Below, piece by piece: positions 40,224 through 49,951 of a DNA stretch of 64,000 nt. The first letter of the stretch is position 1, and every line of letters starts with the position of its first letter. The notes under the pieces are model-generated. The model searched no databases and had not been told where the DNA came from. It was given only the letters and a program-made list of their open reading frames with translations. The stretch comes from Desulfatiglandales bacterium. GTDB lineage: Bacteria > Desulfobacterota > DSM-4660 > Desulfatiglandales > HGW-15. The translations under genes were made by a program, and so were the position numbers. Location: NCBI GenBank assembly GCA_963667015.2, contig CAXXJJ010000004.1:1152001-1216000 (forward strand). Reading direction: 5' to 3'.

Positions 40224-41708
40224 CGCAGTTGAATTTTATAACCCAAAGAGGGAGGACAGTTTGAAAAATTGATGAGATAGTTGAAAGGCGGCCCCTAAAT
40301 TAGTATATTTGAATCGGCTAAGATATTAAATTTACTAACAAAAAGGAGCCACCTCATGAAACTTAATAATACATTTTCCCTCTCATTGCAAAAACAGATT
40401 TCAAATAAAAATGTTGTTATCGATTCGGAGATAAACAGCGCATTCAAGGAACTCAAATTCAGGTCACTTCTTAATCGAAGCGGGATAAGAAAAATAAGAG
40501 GATATAAAACTATTACACTGCTTTTCCTTATTGTCCTGCTTCCATTTTTGAAAAGAACCCTTACTGATATCTGGAATTCAGAGTAAACTTTTAATAATGC
40601 TACCAACGCACAAAAGGATGTTTTTTACAGATTTCTGAACCATGAAAGATTTAATTGGCGTAAGTTTGTATATCTCCTCGCTTTAAAAATAATAGAATGC
40701 AGCAATGATGTCCCTTTGACGCAAAAGGTTTTGATTGCTGATGACATTGATGCCCAAAACAGGAAAAGATATAGAGCTTGCAAGTTATCACTTTGATCAT
40801 AAGACGAATCGTTCTATTTTAGGAATCCAATGTCTGCAGCTTGGATATCATAATGGCATCAACTTTTTCCCTCTGGATGCTTCTCTAAATACATCTAGCA
40901 AACGTCCCAATAACAAACTCAGGGACATAGATAAAAGAACCATCGGATGGCGCAGACGTAAGGAAGCTCTAAGTAAGAAGACAGAAACTTTAATCAGCAT
41001 GATTGACAGAGCCTGGAAATCCGGTATTGATGCAAGCTTTGTACTATTTGACAGTTGGTTCGCTCACGATGTATGTTATCAGCCAGATATACTCAATAGG
41101 TTACGGTGTTATATGCAGGCTAAAAAGGAACCGGGTGAAGTATGAATACCACGGGCAAAAGTATACATTGAAGCAACTATGGCAGAAGGTACTGTTTTGC
41201 TTCCCGGCTACAATGTGAAGGCAGCCTGCCTTAATGTTAAGCTTCCAAAGACGGGGAATGTTCGTCTTCTGTTCCTGTCTGACGGTAAAAAAGACTGGCA
41301 TGCTCTTTTATCAACGGACTTACAGAGATAGCAGTATCTGATATGCTGAGTTAGTATTAATGGGCCATTGAAGTCTTCTTTAAGGATGCAAAGCAAATGC
41401 TTTATTGGGAAAAGAACAAAGTTCAATACTTTTGATGCGGTTATCACCAGCTACAGCATGGTTATGATCCGTTACCTACTTGGTATACATCCTTAAAAGA
41501 ATGGTGATGGGACCCATAGGTCCTTTGTTCAGAGAGCTGTCGGATGAAAACCTCCTGCTATCAATGGTTGAAAAACTCTGGGCCTATATCAAAGAACTCA
41601 TAATCAGATCAAGTCATGTAATTTGCTATAAAATAGAGCCCGATATTGTTTTGCATTTACTTGATATGATTGAAGGTTAAACCTATTAATTTATCAACTG
41701 CGAAACTT
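40224..41708 (+). mobile_element. Decayed insertion sequence (IS4-like DDE), flanked by a 17-bp direct repeat
   Basis: IR core CGCAGTTGA 40224-40232 / TCAACTGCG 41694-41702. Direct repeat TATTCTTATTAAAATAT at 40207-40223 and 41709-41725. Confidence 0.78.
40356..41680 (+). pseudogene. Transposase pseudogene (IS4-like)
   Basis: Fragments in several frames with stops: FYRFLNHERFNWRK, FDHK...LGYHNGINFFPLD, FVLFDSWFAH. Confidence 0.82.
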
Positions 41709-41935
41709 TATTCTTATTAAAATATGTTTGAATTTACCCACAGGGCAGGACAGACAAAAATGTGAGATATAGGGCAGTATATTCTTTTTTATCGGGGATA
41801 AATTTTTAATAGCAATTAAAAATATTTACTATTATACTAGATGCTCTAACTATTAAGGCTGTATTTCATTAAAAATCGATTTTAAATCCAACAATCACTT
41901 TCAATAATTCATTCAGACTTTTTAAGGAGGGCAGT

Positions 41936-42757
41936 ATGAATATAGATCAAGTTGTATTGAAACTACAGGAATTTATTGCACTTTACGGATTAAATATTGT
42001 TGGCGCCATTGTAATTCTCATACTTGGCCGCATAGTTGCGGGTATTGTAAAAAAAATTATCAGAAGCATTATGACCAAAAATAAAGTAGAGGAGACTCTT
42101 ACATCATTTGTATCGAGTATTTCCTATTTTGCCATGATGACATTTGTATTGATTGCAGCGATAAACAAGCTGGGTATCCAAACTGCCTCTTTTATTGCGA
42201 TCTTAGGTGCTGCGGGACTGGCAGTTGGTCTTGCACTGCAGGGTTCTCTTTCCAATTTTGCAGCCGGCGTTTTAATGATTATTTTCAAACCACTTAAAGT
42301 AGGTGACTATGTTGAAGCCGGGGGAGCTGCAGGTGTGGTTGAAGAGGTGGGAATTTTTACAACTATAATTAAAACACCTGATAATAAAAAAGTAATTGTT
42401 CCAAACTCAGGGGTGACAGGTGGCAATATCACAAACTATTCAGCAAATCCAGTGCGGCGTGTGGATATAGTGGCAGGGGTGAGTTACGGTGATGACATTG
42501 ATAAGGTGAAAAAAGTTCTTTCCGAGATACAGGCAGAAGATGAAAGAATCCTTAAAGACCCTGCGCCAATGATCGGACTGGTAGAGCTTGGTGACAGCAG
42601 CGTTAATTTTACTGTTAGATCATGGGTTAAAACAGCGGATTACTGGAATGTATTCTTTGATACCCAGGAGAAGATCAAAAAACGCTTTGATGCTGAAGGA
42701 ATCAGTATACCTTTCCCGCAGCAGGATGTTCATATTATCAGTGAATCCAAAAACTAA
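41936..42757 (+). CDS. mscS: Small-conductance mechanosensitive channel
   Basis: LGAAGLAVGLALQGSLSNFAAG, KPLKVGD, VPNS, GISIPFPQQDVH. Confidence 0.95.
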   Translation: MNIDQVVLKLQEFIALYGLNIVGAIVILILGRIVAGIVKKIIRSIMTKNKVEETLTSFVSSISYFAMMTFVLIAAINKLGIQTASFIAILGAAGLAVGLALQGSLSNFAAGVLMIIFKPLKVGDYVEAGGAAGVVEEVGIFTTIIKTPDNKKVIVPNSGVTGGNITNYSANPVRRVDIVAGVSYGDDIDKVKKVLSEIQAEDERILKDPAPMIGLVELGDSSVNFTVRSWVKTADYWNVFFDTQEKIKKRFDAEGISIPFPQQDVHIISESKN

Positions 42758-42803
42758 CGTTTTGGATTCACGCGATCAGCGGTCGGCATTTGGCTGTCAG
42801 CTT

Positions 42804-42846
42804 AAAAAAGATCCATACGGAGTATTTCCCGGATGGATCTTTTTTT
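42804..42846. terminator. Bidirectional intrinsic terminator
   Basis: AAAAAAGATCCATACGG-loop-CCGGATGGATCTTTTTT. Confidence 0.8.
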
Positions 42847-42851
42847 ATACA

Positions 42852-43283
42852 TCAGTCAAAAATAATGTCTTTATCGCTCGTTTTTGAAGAGGCAATCAGG
42901 TAGGTAATTTTTGAAATAACAAGCCCGCGTATCAGGTATTCAATAGAAAAACGCTGTGAGTCTGTCAATTCATCAAATTCCATAATTTCAATCACATCCC
43001 CAACCATAGACTCTATAGAAAGATAAATATTTTTCTGTTTGGGGTTCAGGTCACCTTTTCCGATTCTCCCCCACACAGCAGGGATTATGTAAGTTATTGG
43101 ATTGTTAAGTAAATCCTTCTTATGGAGAGAAAAGATGGTATCAGTTGTTTCATCGATTATCTCCTTGATTTTTAAAATAGAAGAACTTTCATCAGTATTT
43201 CCAATGGAAAACTGTATAAGTTTATGCCCTCTGATATCAGTGGCATGAAGATTGGTCATTGTTGGCTTATCCTTATCTCTCAT
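42852..43283 (-). CDS. Hypothetical protein
   Basis: 143-aa ORF (YIIPAVWG, EYLIRGLVISKITY); no family recognised. Confidence 0.7.
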   Translation of the reverse strand: MRDKDKPTMTNLHATDIRGHKLIQFSIGNTDESSSILKIKEIIDETTDTIFSLHKKDLLNNPITYIIPAVWGRIGKGDLNPKQKNIYLSIESMVGDVIEIMEFDELTDSQRFSIEYLIRGLVISKITYLIASSKTSDKDIIFD

Positions 43284-43352
43284 TCTTTTATATTATTAAA
43301 AGATTAATGTGTTAGCAGAGTGAATTATCGATAGTATGACTATCCTTTACTT

Positions 43353-43368
43353 ATCAATATTCATGCCA
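43353..43368 (-). promoter_or_regulatory. Possible sigma54 promoter
   Basis: Minus strand TGGCAT-GAATA-TTGAT; the -12 element deviates (TTGA instead of TTGC). Confidence 0.45.
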
Positions 43369-43646
43369 ATTATAGGTCTTCCGAAAAAACCAGTAATTAC
43401 AGGTTGATGGGATGAAAGGACAAATGCGCGAGGTAATCCTTAGCCATTTCTTTGCCACGCAGGAGAAATTGACGTCAGTAATTTGACGTAACCTATTGAT
43501 TATTTAAATAAATACAAAATGCAGATATACTGCAAAGATATGACATAAAAGTTATCAAAATAATCATGATCTGACCTGATATGATCCTGTATCAAAAACC
43601 AGAACGGTTCAACGATATTTAGATGTTTATAAGATCTGTCCGGCTG

Positions 43647-44744
43647 TTATCTTTTTATAAAATTTAAAGATAATTTACCAGCGGATCTAAGAAGGAATAT
43701 AATACATAATATTAACAGGAAAAAAACAGGAATCCACGTACCGATAACAGGATTGATTTTGCCGTTTTCGCACAGGTGTTCTATAGAGATGAGACTAATA
43801 TAGTAACTGATAAATAATAACAGGCTGATAATAATTCCTTTGGTTCGGCCATGGGCCCTGATCTGAGCACCGAGAGGGGCACCGGCTATACCAATAAAAA
43901 AAATAGCCATTGGCAGAGAGAACATCTCATACAACTTTAACTTTGCAATGTTCTTTTTCTTAATGTCTTCCTCTGAATTATTGATAAGCTCTAACAGCTC
44001 GTTTAAATACATACCATCCGGTTCTAATTTTTTATCCTCTGAGTAGTCAACCAGACTATCTATTGGAATATCGAGAGTATCCATGTAAAAATCAGGACTC
44101 TCATTCTTGCCATCGGTAAACACATTACAGTCCATAAACCGGATCTTTCCGGGGATAATCTTTGCCTTTTTTGCTATAACTGTCCATACGTTACCATTAT
44201 GTTTATATACAGCAAAGACGTCCTTCATCACCCTGTCTTTTGGTGAATAGCTGTTCACATAAAGAACAATATCCTCCAATTCATCAATAAAAATTCCCTC
44301 TTTTATATAGGATTCTATTCCGATTTTCATAAGATCGGCTTCGTCAGAGTAAAAAGTTCTGTTGCCATAGGGAGTCCAAAACATTGTTAAAAAAATAGAG
44401 AATAAAAGACAGATGAGAGAGAATATAAAAACAGGGGACATCAGTTGATAAATGCTTATTCCTGAAGAATGGAGAGCAATTATTTCGTTGTCACTTGCCA
44501 TTCGGATGAATGAAAGAAGCACGGCCATCAGACAGGCTGCAGGCATTGCAAAAAGACAGTAATTTGGAATCAGACATATGATCAGGCCGAATAAATCATC
44601 AAAACTGGCTCCATAATTTATCACGAGCTCAGTCATATTGAGCATCTGGGAAGCCATAATAATAAATAGAAAGACAAAAAGACCTGTAAAGAAAATCGCC
44701 CAGATCTCTTTTGAAATATATTTAATAAGCGTAATTCTCATCAT
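43647..44744 (-). CDS. lptF: LPS export ABC transporter permease (LptF/LptG family)
   Basis: KYISKEIW, AMPAACLMAVLLSFIRMASDNEIIALHSSGIS, 3+3 TM arrangement, GAPLG. Confidence 0.82.
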   Translation of the reverse strand: MMRITLIKYISKEIWAIFFTGLFVFLFIIMASQMLNMTELVINYGASFDDLFGLIICLIPNYCLFAMPAACLMAVLLSFIRMASDNEIIALHSSGISIYQLMSPVFIFSLICLLFSIFLTMFWTPYGNRTFYSDEADLMKIGIESYIKEGIFIDELEDIVLYVNSYSPKDRVMKDVFAVYKHNGNVWTVIAKKAKIIPGKIRFMDCNVFTDGKNESPDFYMDTLDIPIDSLVDYSEDKKLEPDGMYLNELLELINNSEEDIKKKNIAKLKLYEMFSLPMAIFFIGIAGAPLGAQIRAHGRTKGIIISLLLFISYYISLISIEHLCENGKINPVIGTWIPVFFLLILCIIFLLRSAGKLSLNFIKR

Positions 44745-44797
44745 ATAAAGAGATTCCGGAGATCTCACTGGATTGTGTTTCAGGAGTAAACAGGTAT

Positions 44798-45016
44798 TTA
44801 TTTAAAACGATAGGTTACAAGGCCATGAGAAGTATCATATGGTGAAACACTGACTTTTACCCTGTCCCCCTGTATTACCTTTATTCTGTTCTTTTTCATT
44901 CGGCCGGAAAGTACTCCATGCACGATGACATTATTATCACATTGAATTTCCATGGTGCCCCGCCCCATTACCCTGGTAACAAGGCCTTCCAGTTCTATTA
45001 AGTCTGTTCTGCTCAA
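44798..45016 (-). CDS. infA: Translation initiation factor IF-1
   Basis: IELEGLV, LSGRMKKNRIKVIQGDRVKVSVSPYD...VTYR; TTG start. Confidence 0.93.
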   Translation of the reverse strand: MSRTDLIELEGLVTRVMGRGTMEIQCDNNVIVHGVLSGRMKKNRIKVIQGDRVKVSVSPYDTSHGLVTYRFK

Positions 45017-45188
45017 AATATTCCTTTCATTGACAATTTATAAATGAAGTAAAAATAACCTTAAATTATAAAAATATTAAAATATTATTTTAAGGCAATT
45101 TACTTATATTCCTTCAATTAGTCAACACTTTACCAAAATGTGCTATCAAATTTTTAACCGGTTTAAAACAAATTTATCCATTTGAGGT

Positions 45189-46497
45189 TTATTTATATTC
45201 TTTAGTGATAGCTGAAATAACCTGCGCGTGTCTTTTTGAAGAGTCCCGGCTTTCCGATAATGCCTTCTTTGCGGCCAGACCTTTTTGCTTCAGAAGATCA
45301 GGATTACTTAAAAAACAGACTGCCTTTTCGGCAAAATCATCAGATCCGGTTACTTCTATACTGGCATCATATTTTTCAAGCAGGTCTCTTTGCATCTAAA
45401 AAATCGTCCATATGAGGGCCATGAAATACAGGGATTCCCCATGCTGCTGCCTCAAGCGGATTTTGCCCACCAAGAGGCACAAGACTTGCTCCGCAAAAGG
45501 CAATGGACCCTGCACTGTATATGTTAAACAACTCACCATAGCTGTCAATAACGAGGATGTTTTCTTTTCTTCCAAATCCGGATGTGCCCAGCTCGCTTCT
45601 CAGATGGTATCCCAGCTCATTTTTTTGAAGAAGCTCTACTATATCCTTTATTCGCTCAAGATGCCTCGGAGCGATTATCAGAATTGTATCAGGAAAATGT
45701 TTAATAATTTTACAAAAAGCATCCAGTAAAATCACCTCTTCACCAGTTCGTGTGCTTCCGGCTATTATAACTTTTGTATCCGAACCAATATCAAAAATAC
45801 TGCGGATCTTTTCATTCATCCCGGGGAGAGTCTGTTTAATAAGCAGATCATATTTTGCATTTCCGTTTACTACGGTTCTTTCAGGCTCTGCCCCTATAGA
45901 AGTAATGCGTTTTTTATCCTCCTCGCTTATCATGCTGAGGGTATGAAAATTAGACAGGATGTTTTTTAAAAATGGTTTTAAACGCAAATAGCGTTTGAAC
46001 GAACGTTTGGATATTCGACCATTAAGAAGGACAATCTTTATCCCCATTCTATGGGCTTCGATTATCCATGACGGCCAGATCTCGGTTTCAAGAAATACTA
46101 ATATATCGGGATCAACATGCCGCAATGATTTTTTTACTGAAAAGAAGATATCAACAGGTGAATATATAATTGATACCTCATCCCCAAGAAGTTCAACGGC
46201 CAGGTTTCTGCCATGTTCTGTGGTAGTGGATAATAAAACAGAACATTCTGGTATCTGCGCTTTGAGGGAGGCAATGATTGAATTAGCGACCTTGATCTCG
46301 CCCAGTGATACGGCATGAATCCATATCCTCGGTCCTGTTATAAACTTTTTAAGGTTATCATGAGGAATAAATCCGAAACGCTCATTAAGATGTTTCCGGT
46401 ACTTTCCGGTAATCAAAATAAACATCAGGAAAGGGAATAATAACAGGGATAAAAGGATGACAGTTAATACCCTGTATAAAAAATAGAATATATTCAT
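45189..46497 (-). CDS. waaA: 3-deoxy-D-manno-octulosonic acid transferase, with a +1 frameshift at ~45390 (probable sequence error)
   Basis: IWIHAVSLGE, ETEIWP, NGRIS, AGSTR, APRHLER, GGQNPLEAA, GPHMDDF. The C-terminus continues in ORF 45189..45395. Confidence 0.88.
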
Positions 46498-46733
46498 ATT
46501 ATATACAATTAGTATGTTTTCGGTTATATCAAAAATCATGTCTTGATTGACGGTCAAGATAAGGAAAAGGAGATAAGCTGTCAACCCTGATTAACTCAAA
46601 ATCCATTTCTATCGCACATGATAATCAGGGATTTTGAGACAGGCCTGGTTTTAGAATCTATATTGCATTATGGCAGGAATTATGCCAGAATGCGACGCTC
46701 TCCCGGGCTTTATTTATTCCTTTAGAGGCTGTA

Positions 46734-47414
46734 TTGACCAACAACCTGACGCAACTTAAAAAAGAACTTATGTTCCTTGATCTTTATGAAAAGGCCAGGG
46801 AAATATACAATGAACTGGGCGAAAGATCGGTAATTTCATATATAAGATCAAGCCATCGTCTATTAAGCAAGGTATATCATCCCGACCTCAACCCTGAGAA
46901 TCTCAGGCTGGCGATAAAGATCCAGCAGAGCCTCAACAGGTTAAGCGATCTTATCAACCAGATGGATGATAATGAAATAGTCAGGTTATTTGATGGGAAT
47001 AAAGTTATTGATAATACCCGCAGTAAGAAAAAGATCCTTGTAGTAGAGGATGAATTCGGCCTGCAGGAAATATTCAAGGATATCTTTAAAATGGAAGGAT
47101 ATGATGTACAAGTCGCAGTAGATGGGTTAGACGGCTTTGAAATCTATAAGGAGTTTCTTCCAGACCTTGTGTTTACTGATATTGTCATGCCGAAGATGAG
47201 CGGCATTGAACTCGTAGCGAAAATACGTGAAATCAATCCAGATATAAAGGTTATTTATATAAGCGGATTTTTCGGTATAAGAAGACTCAGGGAACAACTG
47301 GACAAGGATATCGCCATATACGGATACCCGACACTGGCCAAACCATTTAAAACCAGTGAAATGCTTGATCTTGTAAAAGAATATATAAATACATCAACAA
47401 CACTTTTTAATTAA
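46734..47414 (+). CDS. Response regulator receiver protein with N-terminal J-domain-like (HPD) segment
   Basis: IRSSHRLLSKVYHPDLNPE, then receiver domain ILVVEDE, FTDIVMPKMSG, ISG, KPF. Confidence 0.82.
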   Translation: MTNNLTQLKKELMFLDLYEKAREIYNELGERSVISYIRSSHRLLSKVYHPDLNPENLRLAIKIQQSLNRLSDLINQMDDNEIVRLFDGNKVIDNTRSKKKILVVEDEFGLQEIFKDIFKMEGYDVQVAVDGLDGFEIYKEFLPDLVFTDIVMPKMSGIELVAKIREINPDIKVIYISGFFGIRRLREQLDKDIAIYGYPTLAKPFKTSEMLDLVKEYINTSTTLFN

Positions 47415-47589
47415 AATACAGTAAAACTCTCCTCACTTTTCCAGTCAGCTAATAATCATCCTTTTTGTTTTGATGAAATGTTTTCCCGCCGCACAAGGTT
47501 AATTTTATTGATGTAACAGGCAAATCATAATAATATGGCATCTGAATGATAATCAACATTTCGAAAACAAGGGTTGGCCGGAAAACACT

Positions 47590-48132
47590 ATGATCCCAGA
47601 TACTGAAGAATGTATTTCACTAATGAACACCTACGGCATGCTTGAGAATATAAAGGCACACTCATTCAAGGTTGAACAGGTCGCACGTGTTATTGCCAAG
47701 GGAATTAAAAAATCCAAAATCAACATTTCCCTTGAAAAAGTCAGGGCCGGAGCCTTAATGCATGATATAGCCAAAACCATGTGTCTTGGATCAACCGAAG
47801 ATCATGCAATAAGAGGCATGGAAATCTGCATTGAAAACAATTTTGTTGAAATCGCTGAAATAGTTGGAGAACACATAACGCTTAACAGTTATGACCCTGC
47901 CAGCGAGGTAAACGAAAAGGAAATCATTTATTACTCAGACAAACGTGTAAACCATAATGAGGTTGTTTCTCTTGAAAAAAGACTTGAATATCTGCTGGAG
48001 AGATATGCAAAAAATGAAGAGTCACTGGTACGAAGGATAGAAAAAAATTTCAGGAAATGCAGGCAGGTGGAAAACAGGATTTTTTCAAACCTGGATTTTT
48101 CCCCTGAAGACCTTGTTGAAATGATAGGGTGA
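47590..48132 (+). CDS. HD domain-containing metal-dependent phosphohydrolase
   Basis: IKAHS, ALMHDIAK, DHAIRG, EHI, YYSDKR. Confidence 0.88.
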   Translation: MIPDTEECISLMNTYGMLENIKAHSFKVEQVARVIAKGIKKSKINISLEKVRAGALMHDIAKTMCLGSTEDHAIRGMEICIENNFVEIAEIVGEHITLNSYDPASEVNEKEIIYYSDKRVNHNEVVSLEKRLEYLLERYAKNEESLVRRIEKNFRKCRQVENRIFSNLDFSPEDLVEMIG

Positions 48133-48184
48133 GCCTTTTAAAAAAGCCAGTTGACATTCACATATAATTACATCTATTTGCATT

Positions 48185-49927
48185 ATGAAAAAAATATATT
48201 TAATTTTCCTTTTATTATCTCTTTTTTTAATTTCTTCAGTTTATGCAGACAATTCAACAGTATCAGTTGATATTATCCACTCTACTGACAGGTATGAGCA
48301 GAACAAATCCTACCCTTTGCTTTTCAAACTGACCATTGCAAAAGACTGGTATATCCACGCAGCGGTGAAGGAAGATTTCATGATTCCAACTGTGCTGTCA
48401 TTTCAGGAGTCAGAGAAACTGAGGATTGACAATATCAGTTTTCCGGAACCGGAAAAGATAAAATTTGAATATACAGATGATCCTGTTGATGTTTATTCAG
48501 GCACCTTTTATGTAAAAGGCACAATCCATGTTAAAAATGGATCAGCGCTTGATCTGCAGACGATAAATGGAGAATTGAGCTACCAGGCCTGTTCTGCCGT
48601 ATCATGCCTGGCACCTGAAAAAGTACCGGTTGACATGAAGTTAACGGTTGTTCCGCCAGGCACTCAAACTACTCAGATAAATCAGAATATATTTCTTGCC
48701 AGTCAGAAAACCGGGACTGCTGACTCAAAATTTGATTCAGGATTATTCTGGGCACTGCTCTGGATTTTTCTTGGCGGACTTGCACTGAATCTCACACCAT
48801 GTATTTATCCCCTTATACCCATTACAGTCTCCTATTTTGGAGGGAGAGACAATAAGGATGGCAGTAATAAGATACTGATGGGAATACTCTATATTTCGGG
48901 GCTGGCATTTACAAATTCCATTCTGGGCGTCACAGCGGCTTTAACCGGAGGGATGCTTGGGGCAGCACTTCAGTACCCTATAGTCCTGGTTATTATCGCC
49001 CTTATCATGATAACCCTGGGACTCAGCTTTTTTGGTTTCTGGGAAGTTCGTGTCCCCGGCATGCTCACAAAGATCGCTTCGAAAAACTACAGGGGATATT
49101 TCGGTACATTCTTTATGGGGCTTACCCTGGGCATTGTAGCGGCCCCCTGCCTTGGCCCCTTTGTTCTCGGTCTTTTGACCTATGTCGGGCAGAAGGGAGA
49201 TCCCTTTACAGGTTTTATATACTTTTTTGTTCTCAGCCTTGGAATAGGCCTGCCATTGTGTATTCTGGCAATTTTTTCAAGCGCCCTGGACCGCCTTCCC
49301 ATGTCAGGAGACTGGATGCTCTGGATAAAAAAAGTAATGGGCTGGGTCCTGGTTTCAATGGGATATTATTTCCTTAGCTCCCTTATATCTGATCCATTAA
49401 TCGATCATGCCATATTTGCGGGACTGGCTGTAATAGCGTCTATTCATGTGGGGTGGCTGGATAAAACAGGTGTTCAACTTAAGTCCTTTAGATATGTCAA
49501 AAAAATTGTCGGTGTGGTAATTGCGATACTCGGAATTTTCTATCTATCTTCAGCTATTGATATGGATGATCATATTCAGTGGGCACAGTTTACTGAGATA
49601 GGCCTGGAAGAGGCAGTTATCGATTCCAGACCGGTTATTCTTGATGTATACGCTGACTGGTGCATCCCCTGTAAATATATGGACAAAAACGTGTTTAATG
49701 ATCCTGAAGTTGTAGACCTGAGTGAAAGCTTTACAACATTGAGGATGGATATAACAAGAAAACAGGACGAGCATGACAAGGCAATGCAGCGTTATAGCAT
49801 TGAAGGAGCGCCAACAATCCTTTTCTTTGACAGCGGTGGAAATGAACTTCCTGACTTAAGAATAACAGAAAAGATCAGCGCGAAAGAATTTGAATCAGCA
49901 ATGAAAAAAGCATTAATGCCACATTAA
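48185..49927 (+). CDS. dsbD: Protein-disulfide reductase DsbD family
   Basis: N-domain YQACSAVSC, TM domain LTPCIYP and AAPCLGP, C-terminal thioredoxin WCIPCK. Confidence 0.9.
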   Translation: MKKIYLIFLLLSLFLISSVYADNSTVSVDIIHSTDRYEQNKSYPLLFKLTIAKDWYIHAAVKEDFMIPTVLSFQESEKLRIDNISFPEPEKIKFEYTDDPVDVYSGTFYVKGTIHVKNGSALDLQTINGELSYQACSAVSCLAPEKVPVDMKLTVVPPGTQTTQINQNIFLASQKTGTADSKFDSGLFWALLWIFLGGLALNLTPCIYPLIPITVSYFGGRDNKDGSNKILMGILYISGLAFTNSILGVTAALTGGMLGAALQYPIVLVIIALIMITLGLSFFGFWEVRVPGMLTKIASKNYRGYFGTFFMGLTLGIVAAPCLGPFVLGLLTYVGQKGDPFTGFIYFFVLSLGIGLPLCILAIFSSALDRLPMSGDWMLWIKKVMGWVLVSMGYYFLSSLISDPLIDHAIFAGLAVIASIHVGWLDKTGVQLKSFRYVKKIVGVVIAILGIFYLSSAIDMDDHIQWAQFTEIGLEEAVIDSRPVILDVYADWCIPCKYMDKNVFNDPEVVDLSESFTTLRMDITRKQDEHDKAMQRYSIEGAPTILFFDSGGNELPDLRITEKISAKEFESAMKKALMPH

Positions 49928-49951
49928 GTATAATCTTCATCTGCCTGTCAT

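Noticed and set aside
46664..46692. Sigma54 promoter TGGCAG-GAATT-ATGCC upstream of the J-like/receiver gene
   Set aside because: It deviates at both elements and is equally explained by a small palindrome; too weak to call.
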